Shown here one piece after another: positions 47,708 through 56,611 of a stretch of DNA of 64,000 nt (positions within the stretch are counted from its first letter, which is position 1; the number at the start of each line of letters is the position of its first letter). The notes under the pieces were generated by a model. It had not been told where the DNA came from. It did no database searches and saw only the letters and a program-made list of their open reading frames with translations. This DNA comes from a bacterium. GTDB lineage: Bacteria; UBA8248. The stretch spans positions 2,208,001 to 2,272,000 of the forward strand of contig OZ241326.1 in the NCBI GenBank assembly GCA_965199855.1. Reading direction: 5' to 3'. Made by a program: the position numbers and the translations under genes.

Positions 47708-48799
47708 ATGAGCGATCCCTCCTCCGAAGCGCCTCCAGAAGCGGCGTCCCTCCCGAGCGAGCGGGTGAAGGTTCGGGACGCGCCCGAGGCGCTCGCGCGT
47801 CTCCTCGAGGCGAGGGGATGGGGCGACGGCCTGCCCGTCGTTCCCCCCACGCCCGGGCGCGTCGCCCGCATGGTGGAGGGGGCGGGGCTGGCCGCTGGGG
47901 AGGAAATCGGCCGGATGCCGCCCCGCCAGGGAGTCGTCACGGTCGAGGCGCTCGCCGTCAACGCCGTGATGGCCGGATGCCTCCCGGCCTACATGCCCGT
48001 TCTCGTGGCGGCGGCGCGGGGGGCGCTCCAGCCGGAATTCTCGCTCCACGCGCTCCAGGCGACGACCCACCCGGTGGCGCCCCTGATCATCGTGAACGGC
48101 CCCGTCGCCGCGAGAATCGACATGAACGCGGCGTATGGATGCTTCGCCCCCGGAAACCGGGCGAACGCGACGATTGGCCGCGCGATGCGCCTGACGCTCC
48201 TGAACGTAGGCGGGGCGAGCCCGGGCGTTCTGGATCGCGCCACCCAGGGCTCGCCCGCGAAATACGCATTCTGCATCGCCGAGAACGAGGAGGAATCCCC
48301 CTGGGAGCCGCTGCACGTCGAGCGCGGCTTCGCGCCCGGGGAGAGCGCCGTCACGGTCGTGGGCTGCGAGGGGCCCCACAACGTCAACGATCACGTGAGC
48401 CACGCGGCGGAGGGCATTCTCGCCGCCGCCGCCGACACGATGTCCGTCATGGGCGGCAACAACTTCTATCTGAGGGGCGAGCCGCTCCTCGCGCTCGGCC
48501 CCGAGCACGCGGCGACGATAGCGGGGGACGGGCTGTCGAAGGCGGACGTGAAGCGAAGGATTTTCGAGCTCGCCCGAAAGCCCGCGCGCCAGCTCCGGCG
48601 CGGCGCCATGTGGGGGATGCAGACCTGGGGGGAGGAGATAGCGAGAAACGAGGGAGATGACGACTACGAGATTCCGCTTCTGGATCGGCCCGAAGACCTC
48701 ATCGTCATCGTGGCGGGCGGCGCCGGCAAGCACTCCTCCTACCTGCCGACGTTCGGCCCCACGCGCTCGGTGACCACCCGGGTCGATTCGCCGGCCTGA
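47708..48799 (+). CDS. Uncharacterised protein accompanying the UGSC selenoprotein
   Basis: GWGDGLPVVPPT, AVNAVMAGC.P.Y.PV, NRANATIGRA, AENEEESPWEPLH, VAGGAGKHS; good coding pattern. Confidence 0.85.
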   Translation: MSDPSSEAPPEAASLPSERVKVRDAPEALARLLEARGWGDGLPVVPPTPGRVARMVEGAGLAAGEEIGRMPPRQGVVTVEALAVNAVMAGCLPAYMPVLVAAARGALQPEFSLHALQATTHPVAPLIIVNGPVAARIDMNAAYGCFAPGNRANATIGRAMRLTLLNVGGASPGVLDRATQGSPAKYAFCIAENEEESPWEPLHVERGFAPGESAVTVVGCEGPHNVNDHVSHAAEGILAAAADTMSVMGGNNFYLRGEPLLALGPEHAATIAGDGLSKADVKRRIFELARKPARQLRRGAMWGMQTWGEEIARNEGDDDYEIPLLDRPEDLIVIVAGGAGKHSSYLPTFGPTRSVTTRVDSPA

Positions 48800-48913
48800 G
48801 CGAAAGCGGGAAAACGAGGCTTCGTCCCCGCCGGGAGCGCCCCCCCTCTCGCCCGGCTTCACGGATTCCCCAAAATCCCGCTCCGCGCGCGGCCCGCGAA
48901 TTGCGTCTTCGCG

Positions 48914-48943
48914 TTGCCCGCGGCTTCGCCTCCGTGCTAGATT
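48914..48943 (+). promoter_or_regulatory. Putative sigma70 promoter for the ridA-yqeB operon
   Basis: TTGCCC-N18-TAGATT with extended -10 TG. Confidence 0.45.
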
Positions 48944-48976
48944 CCCGCTTCCGTAGAGCCTCAGAGGGAGAAAGCC

Positions 48977-49378
48977 ATGCCGAAGCAGCAGATCGACTCG
49001 GAGAAGGTGAGGCCGGTGGCCGCGTATTCCACGGGCTGGAAGGTGTCGAACGGGCATCTCGTCATGCTGGCGGGCCAGGTGGCGACCGACACGGAGGGCC
49101 GCACCGTCGGCGGAGACGACATCAAGGCCCAGGCGCGGCAGGTCTATGAGAACGTCAAGGCCGCGCTCGAGGCCGCCGGCGCCGGAATGGAGGACGTCAT
49201 CCGCCTCACCGTCTATCTCACGGATCGGGCGAATTTTCCGGGAAGCGCGGAGGTGCGGCAAGCCTACTTCAGCCCGCCCTATCCGGCGAGCACGCTCCTC
49301 ATCGTGAGCGGACTGGCGAACCCGGAATGGCTCATCGAAATCGACGCCGTCGCCTTCGTGGAGGACGGGACGCCGTGA
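48977..49378 (+). CDS. RidA/YjgF family protein
   Basis: YS...LAGQV, QARQVYENVKAAL, YPASTL..V.GL..PEWLIEIDAVA. Confidence 0.92.
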   Translation: MPKQQIDSEKVRPVAAYSTGWKVSNGHLVMLAGQVATDTEGRTVGGDDIKAQARQVYENVKAALEAAGAGMEDVIRLTVYLTDRANFPGSAEVRQAYFSPPYPASTLLIVSGLANPEWLIEIDAVAFVEDGTP

Positions 49379-50232
49379 GAGGCGGCAGGGCGGTTTCCGA
49401 GACGCTCGTTCTCGTGAAGGGGGGCGGCGACCTCGCCACCGGCGCGGCGCACCGCCTGCGCCGCTCGGGCTTTCCCGTGATGATGACGGAAATCGAGCGT
49501 CCGACCATGGTCCGCCGCGCCGTCTCCTTCGCCGAATGCCTCTACGCCGGCGAATGGCGGGTGGAGGGCGTGGCTTCCGCGAGGGCGGAGGGCGGCTCCC
49601 TGGAGGAGAAAATCGCCGGCGCGCGCGCGCTGATGGAGGCGGGCGCCGTTCCCGTGATGGTCGATCCGCGCGCCGAGGCGGTCGCCCGCGTCCGGCCCGC
49701 CGTCGTGATCGACGCGATTCTCGCCAAGCGAAACCTCGGCACCCGCATCGAGGACGCCGAGGTGGTCATCGGCCTGGGGCCCGGCTTCACGGCGGGGGTC
49801 GATTGCCACGCCGTCATCGAGACCGCCCGGGGGCACGACCTGGGGCGGGTGATACTCGAAGGGGCGGCGAAGCCGGACACGGGCGCGCCGGGCGCCATCG
49901 CGGGCTACGCCGCCGAGCGGCTGCTGCGCGCCCCGCGCGCCGGCGCGTTCGCCTCCGCCGCCCGCATCGGGGACGCGGTGCGGGCGGGACAGGCCGTCGC
50001 CCGGGTGGACGGGGAGGAGGTGACGGCCCGCATCGACGGCGTCCTGCGCGGCCTGCTCAGGGACGGCATCGAGGTGAGCGCGGGCTTCAAGGTGGGCGAC
50101 GTCGACCCCAGGGCCGAGCCTTCCCACTGCGTGACGATATCGGACAAGTCGCGCGCCGTCGGCGGCGGCGCGCTCGAGGCCGTCATGATGTTCCTGTTCG
50201 GCGTCTCCCCGGCCGCGGAGCGCGCGAATTGA
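49375..50232 (+). CDS. yqeB: Selenium-dependent molybdenum hydroxylase system protein YqeB
   Basis: VKGGGDLATG, VRRAVSF, DAILAKRNLGT, GLGPGF, IETARGHDLGR, KVGDVDPR, ISDKSRAVGGGALEA. Confidence 0.9.
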   Translation: MRGGRAVSETLVLVKGGGDLATGAAHRLRRSGFPVMMTEIERPTMVRRAVSFAECLYAGEWRVEGVASARAEGGSLEEKIAGARALMEAGAVPVMVDPRAEAVARVRPAVVIDAILAKRNLGTRIEDAEVVIGLGPGFTAGVDCHAVIETARGHDLGRVILEGAAKPDTGAPGAIAGYAAERLLRAPRAGAFASAARIGDAVRAGQAVARVDGEEVTARIDGVLRGLLRDGIEVSAGFKVGDVDPRAEPSHCVTISDKSRAVGGGALEAVMMFLFGVSPAAERAN

Positions 50233-51113
50233 GTCCCGACATTCTGGCGGAAACGGTGGAAAGCGGCGCCTACCGCATCGGGCGCAGCGAAATCCCGATC
50301 AACCAGGCGAACGGCAACGCCTTCGTCCCCCCCGCGCAGTTCTATCTGGCGGCGGGCGACGCGCTCGAGCGCATCGCGTGGGCGGTGAGCCAGAACCTCC
50401 CCGTCCTGCTCGTCGGAGAGACCGGCGTCGGCAAGACGCTCTCGGTGCGCTACCTCGCCCACATGACGAACAACGGCTTCAGGCGCGTGAACCTCAACGG
50501 CATGACCACGGTCGATGAATTCGTGGGCAAGCTGATGATCAACGAGCAGGGCACCTACTGGGTGAACGGCATCCTGATCGACGCGATGCAGTCGGGAGAC
50601 TGGCTGCTCATCGACGAGATCAACGCCTGCCTGCCCGAAATCGCCTTCTGCCTCCACAGCCTGCTCGACGACGACCGCATGATCGTCCTCTCGGAGTATG
50701 ACGGCCGCGTCGTCAAGCCCCATCCGGACTTCAGGCTCTTCGCCAGCATGAACCCCCACGAGGACAGGAGATACGGCGGCACGAAGCCCCTGAACGAGGC
50801 GCTTCTGGATCGCTTCCCCGTCACCGTGAGGATGGACTACCTGCCCTTCGAGGCGGAGGTCGAGGTCATCATGCGGCAGAGCGGGAACGGCGACGAGGAG
50901 CTCGTCCGGCGCATGGTGCGCGTGGGCCACGACGCGCGCGAGGCCATGAGGAACGAAAAGGTGTTCTGCACCTTCAGCACCCGGCGCCTGATTGACTGGG
51001 CGCGCATGGCGGCGCGGTTCGACCCCATGGAGGCCGCCGTCTCGACCATCTTCAGCAAGGTCAACTCGTTCGACGCCAAGGTGCTCGAGGACATCGTGGA
51101 CAACCACTTCTAG
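50229..51113 (+). CDS. AAA+ ATPase, MoxR/CbbQ/NorQ type
   Basis: TTG start overlapping the yqeB stop; GETGVGKT (Walker A), LLIDEIN (Walker B), ASMNP, LLDRF, FSTRRL. Confidence 0.9.
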   Translation: MSPDILAETVESGAYRIGRSEIPINQANGNAFVPPAQFYLAAGDALERIAWAVSQNLPVLLVGETGVGKTLSVRYLAHMTNNGFRRVNLNGMTTVDEFVGKLMINEQGTYWVNGILIDAMQSGDWLLIDEINACLPEIAFCLHSLLDDDRMIVLSEYDGRVVKPHPDFRLFASMNPHEDRRYGGTKPLNEALLDRFPVTVRMDYLPFEAEVEVIMRQSGNGDEELVRRMVRVGHDAREAMRNEKVFCTFSTRRLIDWARMAARFDPMEAAVSTIFSKVNSFDAKVLEDIVDNHF

Positions 51114-51128
51114 CCGGGAGACGCAGGC

Positions 51129-52898
51129 ATGGAGCGCCGACGCGCCCGCCTCGAGACCCTCGCGCAGGTGACGGCGCGCGACTACGGCCTCGCCCTGCTG
51201 TTCGGCTCCCGGACGGAGACCGGGGACGACGCCGTCCTCGTCGAGGACCCGGAGCGGACCCTGGCGCGCCTGGGCGGCGGCCTCGACGACGAGCGCGTCC
51301 TGCGATACCAGAAGGGCATGACGCTCATCGAGGTGGCCCGCAGGCTCCAGGGGACGCTTCGCTGGGCGGGCCGCGCGGCCCTCGCCAACCGGGAGACGCC
51401 GGGCCTTTTCCACCTCTGGCGCGCCCTCGAGGACGCCAGATGCGAGAACCGCCTCGCCGAGTCGCTGCCCGGCACGAGAAAGAATTTCCGCGCCTTCGTC
51501 CGTCCCGCGATCGAGGACGCCGAGCGAAGCCACGCGCGGGGGGAGCTCCCCCTGCTTCTCCAGATTCAATGGGGCATCTACCTCGCCGGCGTCGGCCAGA
51601 CGCCCGGCGCCGCCTCCTCAAGGCCCGGGGATTTGCCCTCGGCCTGGTTCGATTCCGTCATCGCCCAGATTCTTCAGAGGCTCGTCCCGATCATCGACCG
51701 CGCCTGCGCGGCCAAAGAGCCGAAGACCGCCTTCGACTGCGCGAACGAAATCTACGACGCCGTGCGGCGCTTCCTCACCGAGGAGCAGCTCGCGCAGATG
51801 CGCGAGAGCGAGGAGCTCTCGGAGCTTCCGGATGAAATTCTGGAGAAAATCGAGAACCAGAAACTCCAGGGGGAGGAGTCCGAGTCGCCGGAGGCGCTCC
51901 ACCCGGAGGCGCTCGACGAGGTGGACGCGGACGAGGGCGAGCAGGTCGAGCTCACGCCCGAGGAGCTCGCCGCCCTGGGCCGCTGGGCGTCTCCCTGGTT
52001 CGAGATGGAGGGCGGCGGGAAGGAAGTCCACCCGACGGCGGAGCATCCCGACGAGCGCACCATCGTCCTGCCCCCGGAGGGCAAGGCGGAGGAATACGCG
52101 GCGATCATGGACGGCGCGGGCAGCCACATCAAGGTGCTGGCGTGGAAGCTCACGCAGATCATTCAGGAGAGAGCCTACGCCCGCTTCAGCGGCTCGCACC
52201 GCTCCGGCAAGCTGAACGTCCCGAAGCTCTGGAAGCAGCGCCTGGGCAAATTTCATCTTTTTCACCGCAAGGAGGAGCCCGAGAAGCTCGACGTCTGCTT
52301 CACCCTCCTCGTGGACGAGAGCGGCAGCATGAACCGCGAATCGAAATACGTAGCCGCCAGGGAGGCGACCGTGTTCTTCGCGGAAGTCCTCGACCGGCTG
52401 GACGTGCCCTTCGAGGTGATCGGCTACTCCACCGAGAGCTCGGAGGCGGCCATGGCGGCCGCGCTCGGCCACATCCCCGCCTTCAAGTTCAGGCACATCC
52501 GGCACTCCCCCCTTCAGCACCGCATCTACAAGGGCTTCGAGGACGCCTTCCCCCAGGTCAAGAACCGTCTCGTCAACATTTATCCGCGCTTCAACAACTG
52601 GGACGAGGAGCATCTGCTGTTCGCCTACCGAAGGCTCAGCCAGCGGCCCGAGGAGGAGAAGATCATCATCATCACCTCGGACGGCCAGCCCAACGGCGAC
52701 GCGGCCCACCTCGTGAGCGCGGTCGGCCGCCTCCAGGCGCTCGGCGTGCGGATCATCGGCGTCGGCGTGGTGGACCCCTTCGTCGAGCAGATCTACCCGA
52801 ACCACATCGTGGTGCAGGACCTCTCCCAGCTCTCCACGGAGCTGGTGAACATTCTGCGGCGCGAGCTGCTCGGGGGGGCGGAGGGCCGCCCTTGGTAG
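51129..52898 (+). CDS. vWA-domain partner protein (CobT/NorD/CbbO-like)
   Basis: ALEDARCE N-terminal motif, acidic linker, RSGKL, MIDAS LVDESGSM, ITSDGQP. Confidence 0.88.
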   Translation: MERRRARLETLAQVTARDYGLALLFGSRTETGDDAVLVEDPERTLARLGGGLDDERVLRYQKGMTLIEVARRLQGTLRWAGRAALANRETPGLFHLWRALEDARCENRLAESLPGTRKNFRAFVRPAIEDAERSHARGELPLLLQIQWGIYLAGVGQTPGAASSRPGDLPSAWFDSVIAQILQRLVPIIDRACAAKEPKTAFDCANEIYDAVRRFLTEEQLAQMRESEELSELPDEILEKIENQKLQGEESESPEALHPEALDEVDADEGEQVELTPEELAALGRWASPWFEMEGGGKEVHPTAEHPDERTIVLPPEGKAEEYAAIMDGAGSHIKVLAWKLTQIIQERAYARFSGSHRSGKLNVPKLWKQRLGKFHLFHRKEEPEKLDVCFTLLVDESGSMNRESKYVAAREATVFFAEVLDRLDVPFEVIGYSTESSEAAMAAALGHIPAFKFRHIRHSPLQHRIYKGFEDAFPQVKNRLVNIYPRFNNWDEEHLLFAYRRLSQRPEEEKIIIITSDGQPNGDAAHLVSAVGRLQALGVRIIGVGVVDPFVEQIYPNHIVVQDLSQLSTELVNILRRELLGGAEGRPW

Positions 52899-53719
52899 CG
52901 GAAGGCGGCCTCGCGCGGATGATCGGCGCCCGAGCGGGGCGGATCGTCGCGGCGGTCGGGGCGGGGGGGAAAACGAGCCTGCTCACGGCGCTCGCCCGGG
53001 AGTTTCACGCCCGAAGCGGCGCGCCCGCCCTCCTCACGACGACCACCAGAATTTTCGCGCCCCTGCCGGAGGAGGGGATTCCCCTCGCCCTGGGCGACGC
53101 CGCCGCCCTCTCGAGGAGGCTGCGCCCCTACATGAGAGCCTGCGGCGTCTCCTGGCTCGCCCGCGGACGCGAGGGCCGCGCGCCGGTTCCGGGCCGGGAG
53201 GGCGAGCGCCGCATGAAGCTGCGCGGCTTCGCGCCCTCCGAAATCGAGGGATTGCGTCTCGCGGAGGGCCTCACCCTCATCGAGGCGGACGGGGCGAGGC
53301 GCCTGCCCGTCAAGGCGCCCGGCGCGCGGGAGCCCGTCCTGCCCGAAGGCGTGGACGCCGTGCTGGGCGTCGTGGGGCTGGACGCCCTGGGCGCGCCCCT
53401 GGACGAGGCCCATGCGTTCCGCCCGGAGCTGCTCTCGCGGATATGCCGCCTGGACGCCGGCGCGGAGATCACGGCGGAGGCGATCGGGGCGCTGTGCGCG
53501 CACCCCGAGGGGCTGTTTCGCAAGGCGGACGGCGGCGCGCGCAGGTGGATCGTCCTCAACAAGGCCGATTTGGAAGCCTCGCTGGAAAAACGAAGAAAGA
53601 TCGCCTATACTATCCGGGAAATGGCGGGAAAGCCCCATGGGCCGGCGGACGGGGTTCTCCTGACCTCCTGCCTGAAGAACAGGCCGGAAGTTTTGCTGCG
53701 AATCGGGCCGGACGCCTGA
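52892..53719 (+). CDS. yqeC: Selenium cofactor biosynthesis protein YqeC
   Basis: VGAGGKTS, TTTTRI, LIEADGARRLPVKAP...EPV, VVGLDALG, HPEGLF, LNKAD; start TTG 52892 or ATG 52919. Confidence 0.88.
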   Translation: MVAEGGLARMIGARAGRIVAAVGAGGKTSLLTALAREFHARSGAPALLTTTTRIFAPLPEEGIPLALGDAAALSRRLRPYMRACGVSWLARGREGRAPVPGREGERRMKLRGFAPSEIEGLRLAEGLTLIEADGARRLPVKAPGAREPVLPEGVDAVLGVVGLDALGAPLDEAHAFRPELLSRICRLDAGAEITAEAIGALCAHPEGLFRKADGGARRWIVLNKADLEASLEKRRKIAYTIREMAGKPHGPADGVLLTSCLKNRPEVLLRIGPDA

Positions 53720-53749
53720 GAGGAGGCGGCCCGCCTGCGCGGAGGAGAG

Positions 53750-54895
53750 ATGAGCGAGGACGTTTTCAGGGAAATGGCGAGGATGAAGGAGAAGGGGCAG
53801 GCGGGCGCGCTCGCCACCGTCGTGGCCCGCAAGGGCTCCGCGCCCATGAGCGGCGACGCGAAGATGCTCGTGCGCGAGGACGGCAGCGCCGAGGGCACCG
53901 TCGGGGGCGGCTGCCTGGAGGCCGAGGTCTGGGAGACCGCGATGAGCGTCCTCGAAACGGGCGCGCCCGAGAAGCTCTCCTTCGACCTCACCCAGAAGGA
54001 GGCGGAGGACAGCGGCCACATCTGCGGCGGCGTGGTGGAGATACTGGTGGAGCCGCTCCGGGCGTTTCCCCGGGAGCTGCTCGATGAGATCAACCGCGTG
54101 AAAAACCGGGGCGGAAGTGCCGCGCTGGCGACCATCGTCCAGCCGGGGGCGCTCGACATCCCGAAGCCCGAGGCCGGGAAAATGCTCTTCAGGCGCGACG
54201 GCAGCTCCGTGGGGGAAATTCCGCGCTATTCGGCGGAAGTCTGGGCGGAGAGCGCGCAGGTGATTCGCCAGGGCAGCCCCACCCTCCTGCACTTCAGCCA
54301 GGGCGCCGCGCGCGGCGGAGGAAAGAAGCCCGCGCCCGGCGAGGCGACCGAAATTTTCGTGGAGCCCATCTCCGGCCAGCCGCTCGTCTATATCTTCGGC
54401 GGCGGGCACGTATCCTTCTGCGTCGCGCAGGCGGCCTGGCTCGCCGGCTTCCGGGTCGCCATCGTGGAGGACAGACCCTCCTTCGCCAACAAGGAGCGCT
54501 TCCCGATGGCCGAGGCGTTCCACGTGGGCGATTTCCCGGAAGTTTTCAGGGAAATTCCGGTGGACGAGGCGGACTACCTGGCCATCATCACCCGGGGCCA
54601 CGCGAACGACGAGGTCGTCCTCGAATGGGCGATGAAGACGAAGGCGCGCTACATCGGGATGATCGGCTCGAAGAGCAAGGTGCTGCTCACCTACCGCCAT
54701 CTTCAGGAGAAGGGCTTCGCGCGGAGCGAGCTCATCGAGCGCGTCCACGCGCCCATCGGCCTGGACATCGGCGCCGACACGCCGGGCGAGATCGGAATCG
54801 CCATCGCCGCCGAGTTCGTCCGCCATCGCCGCCGGGGCGAGGCGGAAAGCGAGGGCGCGGGCAGCAAGCGGGTGCGCCTGGGAAGAAAGGCGTAA
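53750..54895 (+). CDS. XdhC/CoxF-family Mo-cofactor chaperone
   Basis: ATVV...GSAP, GTVGGGCLE, ICGG, IFGGGHV, TRGH..D, YIGMIGS, HAPIGLDIGADTPGEI. Confidence 0.93.
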   Translation: MSEDVFREMARMKEKGQAGALATVVARKGSAPMSGDAKMLVREDGSAEGTVGGGCLEAEVWETAMSVLETGAPEKLSFDLTQKEAEDSGHICGGVVEILVEPLRAFPRELLDEINRVKNRGGSAALATIVQPGALDIPKPEAGKMLFRRDGSSVGEIPRYSAEVWAESAQVIRQGSPTLLHFSQGAARGGGKKPAPGEATEIFVEPISGQPLVYIFGGGHVSFCVAQAAWLAGFRVAIVEDRPSFANKERFPMAEAFHVGDFPEVFREIPVDEADYLAIITRGHANDEVVLEWAMKTKARYIGMIGSKSKVLLTYRHLQEKGFARSELIERVHAPIGLDIGADTPGEIGIAIAAEFVRHRRRGEAESEGAGSKRVRLGRKA

Positions 54896-54939
54896 AAGCC
54901 TCTCGCCTCCGGCCCCCGAGCGGGATTCGCCCGAACGCC

Positions 54940-55752
54940 ATGAGCCACCTGCGCGCGCTCGCCGCGGCGGCGACGGACTTCCTCATCCCCCCGAAATGCC
55001 TTTTGTGCGCGAGCGCCCTGGAAATCGGCGGCGCGCGGACGATATGCGCGCCCTGCGACGAGGCGCTCGATCGCTTCGAGCCGCCCTGGTGCCCCAGGTG
55101 CGGCGCGCCCTTCCCCTCCCACGCCGCCCTGTCGCACTCCCCCGCCCACCACTGCGCGGAGTGCGCGGAAAACGTCTTTCACTTCGACGGGGCGCGCGCC
55201 GTCGGCGCCTTCAAGGGCTCTCTCCGGGAGCTGGTCCACCTGTTCAAATACGGAGGCGTCACCAAGCTGGCGCACGAGTTCGCCCCCCGGCTCGCCGCGC
55301 TCGCCGCGGACGAGCTGGGCGTCGGGCGGGACGATCCGGACGTGATCGTAACCCACGTGCCGATAGCGTCCGCGCGCTGGCGGGAGCGGGGCTTCGATCA
55401 AACGCGCCTGCTCGCGCTCCGGACGGCGAAGAGCCTCGGAGCGCCGCACGCGGACTGTCTGGAGCGCGCGAAGGAGACCCGTCCGCAAACCGGGCTCTCC
55501 GCGAGCGAGCGGCGCCGCAACGTACGGGGCGCCTTCCGGGCGCGCCCGAAGGCGGCGCGGATGCTCGAAGGGAAGACGTGCATCCTCCTCGACGACGTCA
55601 TCACCACCGGCTTCACCGCCTCGGCCTGCGCCCGCGAGCTCAAGCGGGCGGGCGCCGCCGCCGTGCACGCGCTCACCATCTGCCGCTCGCGAGGGCCCGC
55701 GCCCCCGCCGCGCGCGGAGGGGGTCAACGAGAGGGCTACGCATAACCTGTAA
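54940..55752 (+). CDS. ComF-family protein (zinc ribbon plus PRTase)
   Basis: CLLC, CAPC, CPRC, CAEC; RGFDQ, LLDDVITTG. Confidence 0.9.
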   Translation: MSHLRALAAAATDFLIPPKCLLCASALEIGGARTICAPCDEALDRFEPPWCPRCGAPFPSHAALSHSPAHHCAECAENVFHFDGARAVGAFKGSLRELVHLFKYGGVTKLAHEFAPRLAALAADELGVGRDDPDVIVTHVPIASARWRERGFDQTRLLALRTAKSLGAPHADCLERAKETRPQTGLSASERRRNVRGAFRARPKAARMLEGKTCILLDDVITTGFTASACARELKRAGAAAVHALTICRSRGPAPPPRAEGVNERATHNL

Positions 55753-55780
55753 TTTTTCCCGCCCGTCAGGAGGAGCAAAA

Positions 55781-56587
55781 ATGCAGGATCGATACACGGG
55801 CGACGTAGGGGATTTCGGCAAATACGGACTGCTCCGCGCCATCACCCGGCCCGGGATTACGAAAAAAGACGGCCAGGAGACATTGAGCCTCGGCGTCGTG
55901 TGGTATCGCCATCCCGACGAGAAAGACACGAACGACGGCGAGCATATCGACTATCTCGGCCCTTCCGGGCGCGAGAATTTTCGGAAGTGCGATCCTGAAC
56001 TATATGATTGCCTGAGCAAGATCGTCAGATATGACTCCAAAACCAGGAAGGCAAAGGGTCGCAGGGCGATATCGAAGATCGAGAATAGCGAGATACTCGG
56101 TTCGCAAACTCGTTTTTTCGGCAGGCGATGTCCTTATGACGCGGATGCTCGTAAAAAATGGCGCCGAGAAGCGTTGAACGAAATGAAGGGATGCGATTTG
56201 GTATTCCTCGACCCGGACAACGGGCTCAGGTGCAACCAGAACCTTGACAGCGGAAAACACGCCTACCTTGAGGAAGTCTTGAGCTTTGTTCTTCAAGGCA
56301 GCGCAGTAATTTTCTATCATCATCCTGACAGGTGAAAAACGCATAATGAACAAATCAGAAAACTCGCTCAATATATTGCTCGCAAGTTGGATAAAAATCA
56401 CCGCGTATCCGCTTTCCGTTACCGCAGAGGGAACTCCCGGGCGTTTTTCATCATTTGGCCGCGGGATCGGCAGAAAGTATTCAAGCCCCGCATGAAGGCG
56501 ATTCGTGATGGCCTGTGGGGCCGGGAATGTCGCTTTGAACTCACGGCGCGTTCCATCTCCGGCAAAAGCAGGGGCAACCCGAGTTAG
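55781..56587 (+). pseudogene. Low-GC hypothetical gene interrupted by an in-frame TGA (56333-56335)
   Basis: MQDRYTGDVGDFGKYGLLR...VFLDPDNG; the same frame continues after the TGA: KTHNEQI...RYRRGNSRAFFI. Confidence 0.7.
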
Positions 56588-56611
56588 ATAAAGGGTTCCG
56601 CGCGTTTCCCC

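Noticed and set aside
56333-56380. Second selenoprotein at TGA 56333
   Set aside because: A-rich downstream sequence with no hairpin and no Cys-type motif
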